A stretch of DNA of 64,000 nt from an uncultured Thermoplasmata archaeon (lineage in GTDB: Archaea; Thermoplasmatota; Thermoplasmata; Halarchaeoplasmatales; Halarchaeoplasmataceae). The translations under genes were made by a program, and so were the position numbers. The stretch spans positions 18,756 through 82,755 of the forward strand of contig CAYWYD010000002.1 of assembly GCA_964462425.1 (NCBI GenBank), in the 5' to 3' direction. Shown here one piece after another: positions 38,904-50,000 of this stretch (its first letter is position 1; every line of letters begins with the position of its first letter). The notes beneath the pieces were generated by a model. That model did no database searches and was not told the DNA's origin. It was given only the letters and a program-made list of their open reading frames with translations.

Positions 38904-40349
38904 ATGACTCTAAAGCTGTACAATACTCTACGCAATCAAAAAGAGGAATTTCAACCCCTTGAGGACGACCTTGTCAGGATATACTCCTGCGGTCAGACCA
39001 TCTACGACGACATGCACGTAGGGAACGCAAAGACTTACGCCGCATGGGACATCCTGAACCGGTACCTGACCTGGAAGAGCTACGACGTTTTTCACGTGAT
39101 GAATATCACTGATGTGGGACACCTTACAGACGACGCCGACGAAGGGGAAGATAAGGTAGAGAAAGCGGCGAAGGAGAGAAAATTAGAGCCTATGGAACTG
39201 GTGACGGAACAGGTGAGAAAGTGGTACAGAGAGATGGACGAGCTGAACATGAAGCGGCACAACGTGAATCCAAGAGCTACGGGTCACATGGTCGAGATGA
39301 TCGAAGCGGTGAAGAAGATGATAGACCACGGTTATGCTTACGAGAATAACGGTTCAGTCTATTTCGACGTGAAGAAGTTCGATGAAGATCACGGGTACCC
39401 AAAATTGGGCGGTCGTACTATAGAAGACCTCGAAACCGGGGCAGGAGGCAGAGTTTCGGAGGAGGAGCTGGAAGAGAAAAAATCGCCTTTAGATTTTGCT
39501 CTCTGGATCCGAGCGGAACCCGACCACATAATGAAGTGGCCGTCGCCCTGGAGTCTGGGATACCCGGGTTGGCATCTAGAGTGCAGCGTTATGGGGGTCA
39601 AATATCTTGGTAACGAATTCGACATCCACACTGGAGGTGTAGACCACATCTTCCCTCACCATCCCAACGAAAGAGCTCAAGACATGGCGATGGAAGATAT
39701 GGATGACGAACCGGTAAAATTCTGGATCCACAGCGAGCACATCGCCATCGAAGGAGAAAAGATGTCGAAGAGCAAGGGCAACTTTTACACGGTTTCAGAA
39801 CTGCTAGAAGAGTTCGATCCCGACGTGATCCGGACCTTCTTTGCGAGCATCCATTATAGGTCACAGAGCGATTTCAGTTTTGAGGCACTTGAAGAGGCGA
39901 GTAAAAAATTGGATAGATTTAAAACTACTCTCAGGAAGATAGAAGAAGCGGAAGGAGGAGATGGGAGTGAACTCGAAGACAAGATAGAGTGGATAAAAGA
40001 GGAATTCACGCAGGCCATGGACGACGATCTGAACACTCCCTTGGCTATGAGCAAACTGCTGGAGTTCAGCAGCAGGATCAACAAGAATTTGGATAACAGA
40101 AAAGAACTGCTTGAGAAAGCGGGAGAGACCTTGAAAGAGCTTGTTGGGGTTTTAGGGATCGAGTTGGACATCGGCGGTGGAGGAGTTAAAGGTGCTGAAG
40201 ATCACATCGAACTCCTTTTAGAAGTCCGAGAAGATATGAGAGAAAAAGAAGATTACAAGACCGCTGATAAGATAAGGGACGAGTTGGAAGAACTGGGTAT
40301 AGATGTCGAGGATTCCGAAGAGGGGCCGAAATGGCACGTCTCTAAGTGA
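38904..40349 (+). CDS. cysS: Cysteine--tRNA ligase
   Basis: 481 aa. Contains HVGNAKTY (HIGH-type), KMSKSKGN and GWHLECS. Confidence 0.9.
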   Translation: MTLKLYNTLRNQKEEFQPLEDDLVRIYSCGQTIYDDMHVGNAKTYAAWDILNRYLTWKSYDVFHVMNITDVGHLTDDADEGEDKVEKAAKERKLEPMELVTEQVRKWYREMDELNMKRHNVNPRATGHMVEMIEAVKKMIDHGYAYENNGSVYFDVKKFDEDHGYPKLGGRTIEDLETGAGGRVSEEELEEKKSPLDFALWIRAEPDHIMKWPSPWSLGYPGWHLECSVMGVKYLGNEFDIHTGGVDHIFPHHPNERAQDMAMEDMDDEPVKFWIHSEHIAIEGEKMSKSKGNFYTVSELLEEFDPDVIRTFFASIHYRSQSDFSFEALEEASKKLDRFKTTLRKIEEAEGGDGSELEDKIEWIKEEFTQAMDDDLNTPLAMSKLLEFSSRINKNLDNRKELLEKAGETLKELVGVLGIELDIGGGGVKGAEDHIELLLEVREDMREKEDYKTADKIRDELEELGIDVEDSEEGPKWHVSK

Positions 40350-40350
40350 G

Positions 40351-41424
40351 TTAGTCGGAATATAATGTTTTGATGATGTCCATATCCCGCTTTATCGGAG
40401 TCTCTATCGAGGAACCGGCGTTGATCCAGGCTTTGACGCTCTCGTTTTGGTAGTCCGAGTCTTTTTTACCTCCCCAGATGCCGAAGAGAACGGTGTCGAT
40501 CTCAGGTATGCGGACCGCTCCGAACATCAACGCTAGATCGTGCAGCAGGTTCAACACTATCTCATTTCTAACGTTTTTTTTCCTGGGTATGCTGTGAGGC
40601 ATCTCTAGGATGAAAAAAGGTACCTCGGAGTTCTCAGCGTGATTACCCATGTTCCTGTCGGTCGAGATCAAACCAACATCGATTTTTTTATCCCAGCCGA
40701 AGTTCTCTAAAGATTCGACTATCCTTATGTCGTTCTTTTCGGGATCGGTCTTGGAAGCGTTGCCCTTCACTCTTGCGGCGTTCAATTCGCCTCTCAGGTA
40801 ATTTAGCTCTTCCGTTGCGAACTTGGCTTTTCGAGTTTCCAACGTGCCGCGGTTACGAAAGTTGTATCTGATATCGCCTATCTTGGTGTGGAGTCCCATC
40901 ATCTTCAGATCCGAGTTGTTGTACTTGTCCCGGATGTGATGGTCAATCTCTCCCTCGACTATGGAACTCAGAAGATAATCGAAATCCTCGGCTTCGATGA
41001 TCGTGTCGTCATGCTTCAAGGGAAACCTTCGAGAGATCAAGCGGTAATATGCGATGTTCGTATCTATAGAAAGGAAGACGGACTCGCTGGAGAGATCCGG
41101 TCTTTTCTCCGTCTTGTAGAGGTACGCTATCCAATCTTTGAATTCATCCCAATTATCGAAGTGGACGAAGCCGGACGAGATCAAGGCTTCCTTATACTCG
41201 TTGAATCCCGGTATCTCCTTTTCATCCCAGTACTCATCTTTCGATACCGGCATCTCCATCTCTTTTTTTCCTGAAAGTTCCACCTCGTAACCTTCCTCTG
41301 TGGGTTCGACTTTTAGAAGTCGATTTTTGAAGTAGGGCTCCACGACTTCGAAGTTTTCTATATCTTCCTCTCGTATCTCGTTCAGCAGCATCATCAGCCG
41401 TTCTTTGGTCATCACTTCTTTCAT
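40351..41424 (-). CDS. PIN-domain nuclease-like protein with about 110-aa unknown N-terminal domain
   Basis: 357 aa. The acidic PIN pattern is FLSIDTNIAYY, SSIVEGEIDHH and VGLISTDRNM. The start overlaps the stop of the upstream gene (ATGA at 41421-41424). Confidence 0.5.
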   Translation of the reverse strand: MKEVMTKERLMMLLNEIREEDIENFEVVEPYFKNRLLKVEPTEEGYEVELSGKKEMEMPVSKDEYWDEKEIPGFNEYKEALISSGFVHFDNWDEFKDWIAYLYKTEKRPDLSSESVFLSIDTNIAYYRLISRRFPLKHDDTIIEAEDFDYLLSSIVEGEIDHHIRDKYNNSDLKMMGLHTKIGDIRYNFRNRGTLETRKAKFATEELNYLRGELNAARVKGNASKTDPEKNDIRIVESLENFGWDKKIDVGLISTDRNMGNHAENSEVPFFILEMPHSIPRKKNVRNEIVLNLLHDLALMFGAVRIPEIDTVLFGIWGGKKDSDYQNESVKAWINAGSSIETPIKRDMDIIKTLYSD

Positions 41425-41861
41425 CCTTTCTCCCCTCCTTTCAGATCTTTCAAGATGGTATCTTTTCTGTTCAGAACGGGATACGGTTTTTCCATCTCTT
41501 CCTCTCCTGGAGACCGTAAGCAGTAAACATGATCGAAGTGTTCTGACACCGGATGGACCAGTAATTCGGCGGCGAAGGATTTGCTGGCGCCGGAAATATC
41601 TAGAGCGACCTTTTCTTCTCCATCAAGAACATCTCGCAGCTTCTCTCCCGGAGTTCCTTCAGAAACGAGTGCGGTGGGTTCTAGATCGACATCATAATGT
41701 TCTAGTATGGTCGAGATGCCCCCCTCTACTTCCTCGATGTTTTTCTCTTCACCTAAAAGATAAACTGATTCTAAGGTGAAGGAGCTCTGCTTGACGACCG
41801 CCCAGAACCCGTTTATCGTGTTCCGTGTTTCGTCTCCCGCCAGTACGATGTACTTTACCAT
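41421..41861 (-). CDS. Stand-alone CARF-like (Csa3-type Rossmann-like) domain protein
   Basis: 146 aa. Contains YIVLAGDETRNT (beta-1 plus loop), VYLLGEE and VALDISGASKSFAAELLV, the last in the position of the CARF D-x-(S/T)-G-G-x-K loop. No effector or HTH domain is present. Confidence 0.4.
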   Translation of the reverse strand: MVKYIVLAGDETRNTINGFWAVVKQSSFTLESVYLLGEEKNIEEVEGGISTILEHYDVDLEPTALVSEGTPGEKLRDVLDGEEKVALDISGASKSFAAELLVHPVSEHFDHVYCLRSPGEEEMEKPYPVLNRKDTILKDLKGGEKG

Positions 41862-42018
41862 CTGCTTTGTACCTCGGTCTCCAATAAGGCCTCTCGTAAA
41901 TATGGATTACTGTTGTTTACCGTTTGCAGTTTTTTATTGTTTACTCCTGTCTCTTCTTGATCTAGCTCATAAAAAAGAAACTCAAAAATTTTTATACAGT
42001 CCTTTAGATTCCATACCT

Positions 42019-43008
42019 ATGATCGAATTCGCTGAAGAAGTCGAGGTGAACCGGTACTATGATCCTTCGGAGGACGAAGAGAAGCAGGAAGAGATAGTCA
42101 TCAGACACGATCCTTTGACCGGAAAGTCCTGCAGGATCTTGGATAAGCCACTGCCGATCCCTAAAGACGTGGATATAGAGGAGGAGATAAAAGGAGGCTT
42201 CTGTCCCTTCTCACCCGATAATGTATATGAGATAGGTGCGAGAGACAGTCGAGTCTTGAACAACGAATTCTTAGAGAATGGAGAAGCTGTGCTTTTATCC
42301 AATCTAAACCCGTACGCGGAAAAATCTTTGGTCATAAGATTGACCGAAGAACATTATCTACCGCTGGAAAATTTCCAAGAAAAGCATTTTACCGACGCTT
42401 TAGAGCTGGTCTTAAAGTATCTTGAAAGATCCTCTAGCGAGGGTTATGCTACGGTAGTGATGAACTATCTGAAGCCCGCGGGAAGTTCCATCGTTCATCC
42501 GCATATCCAAGTTTTGGTCTCCGATACAGCTATGGATCATCAAAGTAGAGTGATAAAGGCAGCTCAACAGTATCAAGAAGAAAACGGTAGCAACTACTGG
42601 GAAGACCTGTTAGAAGAGGAAAGAGACGGAAAAAGATATATCGGAAAGATCATGGGAACTGAATGGAAGACTCCATTCGCCCCTAGAGGGTTAGAACACG
42701 TTCAGGGGATCAGTTCGAAGGATCTCCGTTCCATGGATAGAGAAGACCTTCGGGCTGTATCCTCAGGGATCGTGAATACGTTGGAATATTACGCCGATCT
42801 CGGTCTCAATTCGTTCAATCTTTCTATCTGGACACCGCCAAAGAGCCGCGCAGGAAGGTTCGCTACATTGGTCGACATCGTGGCGAGGAGTTCATTCGAT
42901 AAGTACTACTGGTGTGACGTTTTCGCTTTACCTAGACTCCATGACGAATCTTATTCGAACAAGCTGCCGGAAGATATTGCGGAAGAAGCGAGATCATTCT
43001 TTGGATGA
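42019..43008 (+). CDS. GalT-family nucleotidyltransferase (HIT superfamily; galactose-1-phosphate uridylyltransferase / ADP-glucose phosphorylase-like)
   Basis: HPHIQV is the His-Pro-His-x-Gln active-site motif, and the N-terminal GGFCPFSPDN resembles the GalT Zn site. The tracked ORF start at 41776 overlaps the neighbouring gene, so I use ATG 42019. Confidence 0.6.
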   Translation: MIEFAEEVEVNRYYDPSEDEEKQEEIVIRHDPLTGKSCRILDKPLPIPKDVDIEEEIKGGFCPFSPDNVYEIGARDSRVLNNEFLENGEAVLLSNLNPYAEKSLVIRLTEEHYLPLENFQEKHFTDALELVLKYLERSSSEGYATVVMNYLKPAGSSIVHPHIQVLVSDTAMDHQSRVIKAAQQYQEENGSNYWEDLLEEERDGKRYIGKIMGTEWKTPFAPRGLEHVQGISSKDLRSMDREDLRAVSSGIVNTLEYYADLGLNSFNLSIWTPPKSRAGRFATLVDIVARSSFDKYYWCDVFALPRLHDESYSNKLPEDIAEEARSFFG

Positions 43009-43015
43009 AATTGAC

Positions 43016-43099
43016 AAGCCACCGGCGGGATTCTGTTCAGAAAAATATAAAATTTTTCTAAACGCTCGCAAGAAGGTGTTCTTGCTCGTGAACCCGCGG
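43016..43099 (-). pseudogene. Fragment of tRNA-Thr 3' end (positions about 47-73) split by a 56-nt insert
   Basis: 43016-43032 (AAGCCACCGGCGGGATT) and 43089-43099 (TGAACCCGCGG) together reproduce the contiguous 28 nt at 43108-43135 of the intact tRNA-Thr. Confidence 0.6.
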
Positions 43100-43108
43100 A
43101 GGAAAAAA

Positions 43109-43182
43109 AGCCACCGGCGGGATTTGAACCCGCGGTCTATGGTTTACGAAACCATCGCTTTGGCCAGCTAAGCTACGGTGGC
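43109..43182 (-). tRNA. tRNA-Thr(CGU)
   Basis: 74 nt. Acceptor stem GCCACCG/CGGTGGC, D stem GCTT/AAGC, anticodon stem ATGGT/ACCAT with loop TTCGTAA, and T arm GCGGG-TTCAAAT-CCCGC. No intron. Confidence 0.9.
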
Positions 43183-43308
43183 GGTTTCGCTCAATATTCA
43201 AGTCTAATCATCCGAATGGATAAGACTTCAGAACACCAGAAAAAGAAGAATATTAAAAGTTTTGCGACGATAATCGGTTTCACTCAAAAAGAGTCGCAGT
43301 CCAACTGA

Positions 43309-43875
43309 TCACCGATCTTCGATCTTTTCAAGAACTCTCTCGATGAACTTTGTTTTCGCTTCAGTATATGCCTGCCGGTCTCTTCTATATTTAGAAACCA
43401 ACCTTTTCTTCAGTTTGCCGTACTCTTCTTTCAGTTCAGGATTTTCCTTCAGATGATCTCTAAAGGCGATATGCCTCTTCAACTCATCACTGCCTTTCGG
43501 ACAGACATAAAGATGATGATCCATCTTCTTCGATTCCGTGCTATCCCACGGCACCTTGTTGTCGATCCTTTTGAACGCCTCTCTTCCGGAGATACCTAGA
43601 TCGCCCTGGTGCCTGTAACCGAGATCAGATAATCCGTCTATCACTGCCTGAAAGTCAGAGTAATCTTCTATCACCAGGTCTATATCGAGACAGGGTTTGG
43701 CGCACAGACCCGGTATCGCGGTACTCCCCACGTGTTCGACATCCACGATCAGGTCATCCAAGTGCTTCAGGTAAATTTCCTTCAGATCTTGAAACACTGT
43801 ATGCCATTCGGGTTCGTGATCAACAATCTTCAATTTTTTGAAATCCCGGACCATTTCTTTTACTAGATAAATCAA
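43309..43875 (-). CDS. GrpB-family (UPF0157) nucleotidyltransferase-fold protein
   Basis: 188 aa. Contains VEHVGSTAIPGLCAKPCLDIDLVI and HHLYVC. Confidence 0.7.
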   Translation of the reverse strand: MIYLVKEMVRDFKKLKIVDHEPEWHTVFQDLKEIYLKHLDDLIVDVEHVGSTAIPGLCAKPCLDIDLVIEDYSDFQAVIDGLSDLGYRHQGDLGISGREAFKRIDNKVPWDSTESKKMDHHLYVCPKGSDELKRHIAFRDHLKENPELKEEYGKLKKRLVSKYRRDRQAYTEAKTKFIERVLEKIEDR

Positions 43876-43967
43876 GAATATCCATCTACTTATATCTGCG
43901 GGTACACCCTTCGAAAAGAACTACCAATCGATCGGATCCAGTCGATCTTATAGATCACGAAATCATC

Positions 43968-43982
43968 AAAAAAAAGAAAAAA
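43968..43982 (-). terminator. T-rich tract downstream of the giant subtilase gene
   Basis: The minus strand reads TTTTTTCTTTTTTTT, 45-59 nt after the stop codon (44027-44029). Confidence 0.35.
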
Positions 43983-44026
43983 TTTTTAGGAATTCCAACT
44001 CTTTCACTCGACTAGATCGATCACCC

Positions 44027-47000
44027 TTATTCCTCTTCTAGGTCTTCTAGATCTCCCAGTATATCTTCCGCAGACTCTGAAGACTCTGGGGGCGGAGGAG
44101 GTGGTGATTCTTCCTCATCATTTGGCTGGTCGTTATCGAAGATTTCTTCTTCCTCATCCTCTAGTTGTTCGTCCTCAAATATCTCTTCTTCTCCTTCTAA
44201 TGGCTCTTCGGAGGGTGCTTCAGAAGAAGGAGGTGCTTCGTCCTCGCCGGAGCCTCCGTAAAGCATCTCCTCTTCCTCCCAACCTTCTTCACCAAGTTCA
44301 TTTCCTCCAGGTTCCTCTTCAGGTCCAGGTGTTTCTTCCTCTTCCTTCTTTCTTCTCCTCAATATGAACGCGAGCGCCGAGGTGATGATCACCGCTATTA
44401 GAACGAGCAGCCACCAATAGGCAGCGACGAAACCCGGCGAGACTTCAAAGTTCACTTCTTCGGTCAACTCATATTCGTCATTTCCTTCCGCGTACTCTGC
44501 TCGGATCTCCACAGTGTGCTCTCCCTCGGATACGTCCTCGAAGGTGTATTCGGTCGTATCACTACCAACATCGATCCATGGCCCTCTATCGATCCTGACC
44601 TTATAGGTAACGTTATCGGCGGGATAGGCCTCACCGCTCCAATCAACGGTAACGGATCGTGAGGAGGAAAAGATATCGGCTTGGAGCTCTTGGTCCACCT
44701 CAGGTTGATCTATATTCAATTCACCGAGCTCGATATCGACTGTGAACTGCACCGTGTCTATTTTGATATTGCCAGCTTCGTCTATCGCCTGGACCTCCAC
44801 TTGGTGCTCTCCCTCGGGTACCTCTTCAAAAGTATAGTGGGTGATATTTTCACTCAACTCGATCCACGACCCCTCGTTTATCCTGACCTTGTAATTAACG
44901 ATATCGGTCGGACTAGATTCGCCGCTCCATTCGACGGGAACGGACCGAGAAGATGGGAACATAGTGGCTGGGAGTTCTTGGTCCATCGCAGGGTAATCTA
45001 TATTTAGTTCTCCAAGCTCGGTGTCGACTATGAACTGCACCTCGTCTTCATTGCTGTTACCGGCTTCGTCCTCTGCTCGGACGGTTATGGTCGGTTCACC
45101 GTCCTCCACCGAAGAGAATTCATGCTCCGTCTCTTTGCCGACATCTATCCAGTCATCTTCCCCTAGCTTGACCTGGTAATAGGATATGCCGCTAGTATCG
45201 TCGGTTCCGGACCATCTCACCAGGATCGTATCTTTATCGTATATCTGGTTAGATTCGGGAGTGTCTATCGATAGAACAGGACTAGTGGTATCGACGGTGA
45301 AACCTATCTCCTCAACGGATGAGTATCCAGCTTCATCTGTTCCTCTTACTTTTAAGATGTAGTGATCGTCTTCTAAATTCTCGATTACATATTCCGTTCC
45401 ATCTACCTCTATCCAATCTCCCTGATTCAGACGGACTTCGTAACTGACGATACCACTGGTTTCGTCATTCCCGGACCACGTAGCGGTGATGGATTCTTTA
45501 TCGTATATCTTGTTCTGTTCGGGGGAGATAATATCTAATTCTGGAGCAGTAGTATCCACCGTAAAGGTGATACCCGTTGTCTCCTGATTACCCGCGATAT
45601 CATAAGCGCGGACCTCAACGCTGTTTTCACCGTCTACTAAGCTCTTGAAGGTATACAGTTGGGAAGAACCGACGTTTTCCCAAGTGTCTTCATTGAGCCT
45701 TACCTCATAATGATCTATGCCGCTCCTTTCATCCCTGCCTTCCCATTTGACCGTGACCTCATCGTCGGCGAAGAGTTCGTCCTGGTCTGGACTCAGGATA
45801 TTGACGATAGGGTTAGCCGGATCAACTGTAAAGGTGACCGATTTAGTCTTAGAATATCCAGCATTGTTCTTTGCGCGGACCTCAACGTAATGTTCTTTTG
45901 CTTCCAGATCCTCAAATGTATACTGAGTTTCCAACCCGGCGTCGATCCAGCTCTCTTGGTTGAGACGTACGGCGTATCCTTCGATACCGCTGTAATCGTC
46001 ACTTCCTTCCCACTCTACAGTGACATTATCCGTCGTATACGTTGATTTCTGATCCGGCGAAGTGATCTCTAGACTGGGAGGACTGGTATCCACCATAAAA
46101 GTGACCGTGTCATTGGTTTGTAATCGAGCATTATTCGTCACTCGAACTTTAACGGTATGAAGACCGTCGGATAGGTCAGAGAAGGTATAAGAGGAGGGCA
46201 CCCCTATATCCTCGGTCCAACTTTCATTATCTAATTTGACGTCTATATGTGAAAGACCGCTGTATTGATCCGCTCTACTCCAAACCACGTCGACATCATT
46301 TTTGCCTATTATCGGATATTCGTCAGTCTCATTTTCGTCGGTCTCATTTTCCAACGATGGATAAAGGATATCTACGTGTGGAGGCTCGGGATCCACGCTG
46401 AATTTAGAAGAGGTCATATTGTAGTTACCCGCGTTGTCGGTGGCGATGAGTTGTAAGGTGTATTCTTCTCCTCCTTCTAGTCCCAAGAACTCGTGCTCAG
46501 TGTCTGTGCCTACATCTATCCAATGTTGATAGCGAGAATCTTCGGGTATCCGGACTGAATAGTGATCGAGAGAACTTACCTCGTCTAAACCATACCATTC
46601 GGCCGTCATATCTTCCCCGGCCCAGCCATTCTTCATGGGAAATTGGATATTCACAAGCGGATCCATAAGATCGAGGGTGAAGTTGGTCATGCTGGTGGTG
46701 GTGAAACTCGCTTTATCGTGCGCTCTGATCTCTACCTGATAGGTTTCATTATGTCCATCACCACTGAGAAGATAGAACGTATCCTCGCCCACGTCCGTCC
46801 AGCTTGAACCGTCTACTCTCACTTCGTAATGGTCTATACCGCTTATATCGTCGGAGCCGTCCCATTCTATCATCACCTCGCTCTCATTCACATATGTTCC
46901 ATCCCCTGGAGACAGGATATCAAGCTGCGGTGACGTCATATCCACCATGAACTTAACATCCTCATAAGCTACCTCGTCTGCAGTAAAGCCAGTGACAGAA

Positions 47001-50000
47001 ACCTTGTGACTGCCTTCCGATAGACCGGTGAAGGTGTGCTGAGTAGAACTGCCCTTGTCTATCGGAGTTTTCTCATCTAAACGGATTTCGTAGGAACTGA
47101 TGTTAGTAGAACCGGTCCACTCGACCGTGACTTCGTCGTCGGTGAATATATCTCCCTCACCTGGCGAGTCGATCAAAAGAGACGGTCCACCGGGTTCAGC
47201 AACCGTGATCTCGTTCATCTCCTCGTTCCCTACATCTTTTTCTCCCCTTATCACGTACCACCATCTTGTGGTGTCTTCTTCTCCGGCGTCGGTATCTGTG
47301 TAAACGTATCTATCCGACCGGTCAGCTCTGACAGTGTCCAAAAGGTTGCTTGAATCCCATGGACCTGATTTATCTGAACTTCGATATATATTATACTGTG
47401 CCAGATGGCCTGTAGGATCGTCCCAAGCAACATCTTTGTCGTTCGGAGAAGCGGTCCAGGTGAGACGGTTATGATCCGTGCCTTGAACGATCTCATTTAG
47501 AGCTAATTGGTCTATGCGCCATCCTTCACCCTGGAGATGGTCATCGTCCTGATCATGCCAAGCTTCAGTCCCAGCCTCCCAACGGAAGTGTACTGTTTCT
47601 CCATTATAGTCACTCAGATCAAAAGTCGCGGTCTCCCAGCCGACCTCACCACCCCATGCGGGCTGTCCGCCGAGAGGATTATCATGGTTCTCTAAGACTT
47701 TACCGTCGTAACCCCCTTCAGGTTCGATTATCTCGTATGGACCGTTCGGTCCTTGGGTCGACATCTTCAGATTACCGCCGTCGTAGAGAAGCGGATCCCC
47801 GAAGTCTCTCCAGTGCTGGAATGTGAACTCGATCCCCATCTGTCTAGGATCTTCTTCCGGCACATCTATCCCAGGTGAGGTCAACCAGCTTTTCATGCCC
47901 TCGTCGGCTGATTTGTTGAACCATCCGTCACCCCAGTCCCATGAATTGGTTCCGATCACTGAGTCGTGGCTCCTCATGGCCCAAGTGCTGGCATTTTCAT
48001 GAGAAGTACCGTTAGTATAGTCGGAACCGTCTGTCACATTATCCTCCCAGACCGGGATCCGATGAGGCGACCACCAATCTACATTGAAACGCTGAGCAGG
48101 TTCAGGATTCGCAGCATCCACGTAAGCCTTGTAACTCTTCATCTTGCCCGAACCGTCCCCTATGTCTTCATCCCAATATTTCGCAGTTATATAATCTCCA
48201 TCCGATACTTCTAGAACGTCGCCGCTGGTAGAGTTCTGAGATATGTCGACTTCCACAGTGAGTTCCTGAGAGTCCGTGGCTCCTGTCAAAGTTACGTTGA
48301 AACCGCTCGGATCGCTATCGCTTGATATACCTACTTCGCTGTAACTGCTTTGATCTTGAAGGTCCCAATCTACAGCTGTGAGCTCGACGGTATCTTCCCC
48401 TGCGTATCTTTTACTGTCGGTGTATATCACACCGTCTGAAGGCATGCGGGTATTGTGGCAGGTCAAAGCGAAATCCTGGTTTGCGGTACCGTCGTTGTTC
48501 GCATCTGCAGGGATATCTCTACCTATCACTCTCACTGTATAAGCGCCGGCCTCTACCTTTTCTGGAGGTAGGTACACGTTTTCGACGGTGTTCACGTTGT
48601 CCCAACCGTCTGTGTTGTTGTCAAATATGGACATGGCCTCAGTACCTGGGAATGTGTAGCCTGTGTCGCTCTGAGTTCCGCCGGTCTTGTTGAAAGCATT
48701 GCCCCGATAGGTCTCGCCATCCGGGGTTATCACTTCGAGGTCAAGATCATTTTTTAAGACCCGTGCGCCGTTCTCGCTGTCACCTTCCAAGGCGTTTTTA
48801 TCTGTCCATGTGAGTGTTATATTGAGAGATTTAGAGTTATCATCTGGGGCGATAACGTACTCCTGTTCTTCCCCAGTTTGAAGTAAGGTGTTCTGATCCT
48901 GGAAAGTGAAAGGAGTGGATTCTTCCATGGGATATTGAAGTTTGGAGAGATCCACGCTGCCCCAACCTTCATCTTGGTTCGGGACGGGCCCTCTAGTATT
49001 ACTTATATTTTCGTTCAGGTCGTTAGCGGTATTGATAAGGATAGATTTGACCATAGCTGGACTCGGTCTCTCCCCGTAATTCTCTCTGTACCAGTCAACT
49101 ACGACTGAAGCCGCTCCTGCAACAGCGGGGTTGGACATCGAGGTCCCGGACATTGTCTGATATCCTTCCTCTTCTATACTCGGCGGCGTGAGAGAATATA
49201 TGCCCTCGCCGGGAGCGGTAACGTCGGGCTTGACTCGACTATCTTCCGTCCACCCTCGAGAGCTAAAACCTGCTATATTCTCCGCGTTTTCAAAACCGTC
49301 AGGAGGATTGTAAGTTTGAGTAGCACCGACGGTGATTATGTTCTTGGCATTACCGGGACTGCCAGTAGTCGTCTCGCCTCTAGCGCCGTCGTTACCCGCC
49401 GAGGCGGTGATGACCATAGGCCTGTTTTCGGCACTATCTCGATCCGCATCTCTTACCGCCTGGTCGAAAATCTCGTCGGATTCTTCGTAGGCCCCTCTAC
49501 TCGAGGACCCCCAGGAATTACTGTGTATGTAAGCATGAGACTGCTGGGCCGGTTCTTCGACGATCGAATAATAATCATCACTCGCTAAAAAGTTCCCTTC
49601 GTCGTCGAATATCTTAGCAGAGAAAAGTTCCGATTCATAGGCGAGGCCCTGTGCCTTTGTATAATTGCCGAATTCAAAGGTCTCCCCTGTTCCATGGTAA
49701 CCGTCGGCCGCAGCCGAGCCCGTGGTGTGAGTACCGTGGCCATGAACATCGCGCCAATAGTCTGGATCGTCACCGAAACCATATCCACCTACGACCCTAC
49801 CCTTCAGATCGGGATGGCCGGCGTCACCTACGGTGCCGTCTCCCATGCCCGTGTCAGCTATAGCTATCGTAACACCTTCCCCATCGTATCCGAGCTGGTT
49901 TATATAGGCCCCGTAGTCCTGGTATTTTCTATAAGGGTCACTTGGATCCCCCTCTCTCGGTTCCGGATCAAGAGTTGTATTGGTCTCTTCCTCATCGTCC

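Noticed and set aside
41776-42018. 81-aa N-terminal extension of the GalT-like ORF.
   Set aside because: It overlaps the CARF-like gene on the opposite strand and the promoter-like AT-rich region. Met at 42019 gives a sensible N-terminus (MIEFAEEVEV...).
44441-47191. Regular DNA periodicity of about 280 nt that could be mistaken for a CRISPR array or satellite.
   Set aside because: The repeats are about 280 nt long, only 60-80% identical, contiguous without spacers, and all in frame within one long ORF. They are protein-domain repeats.
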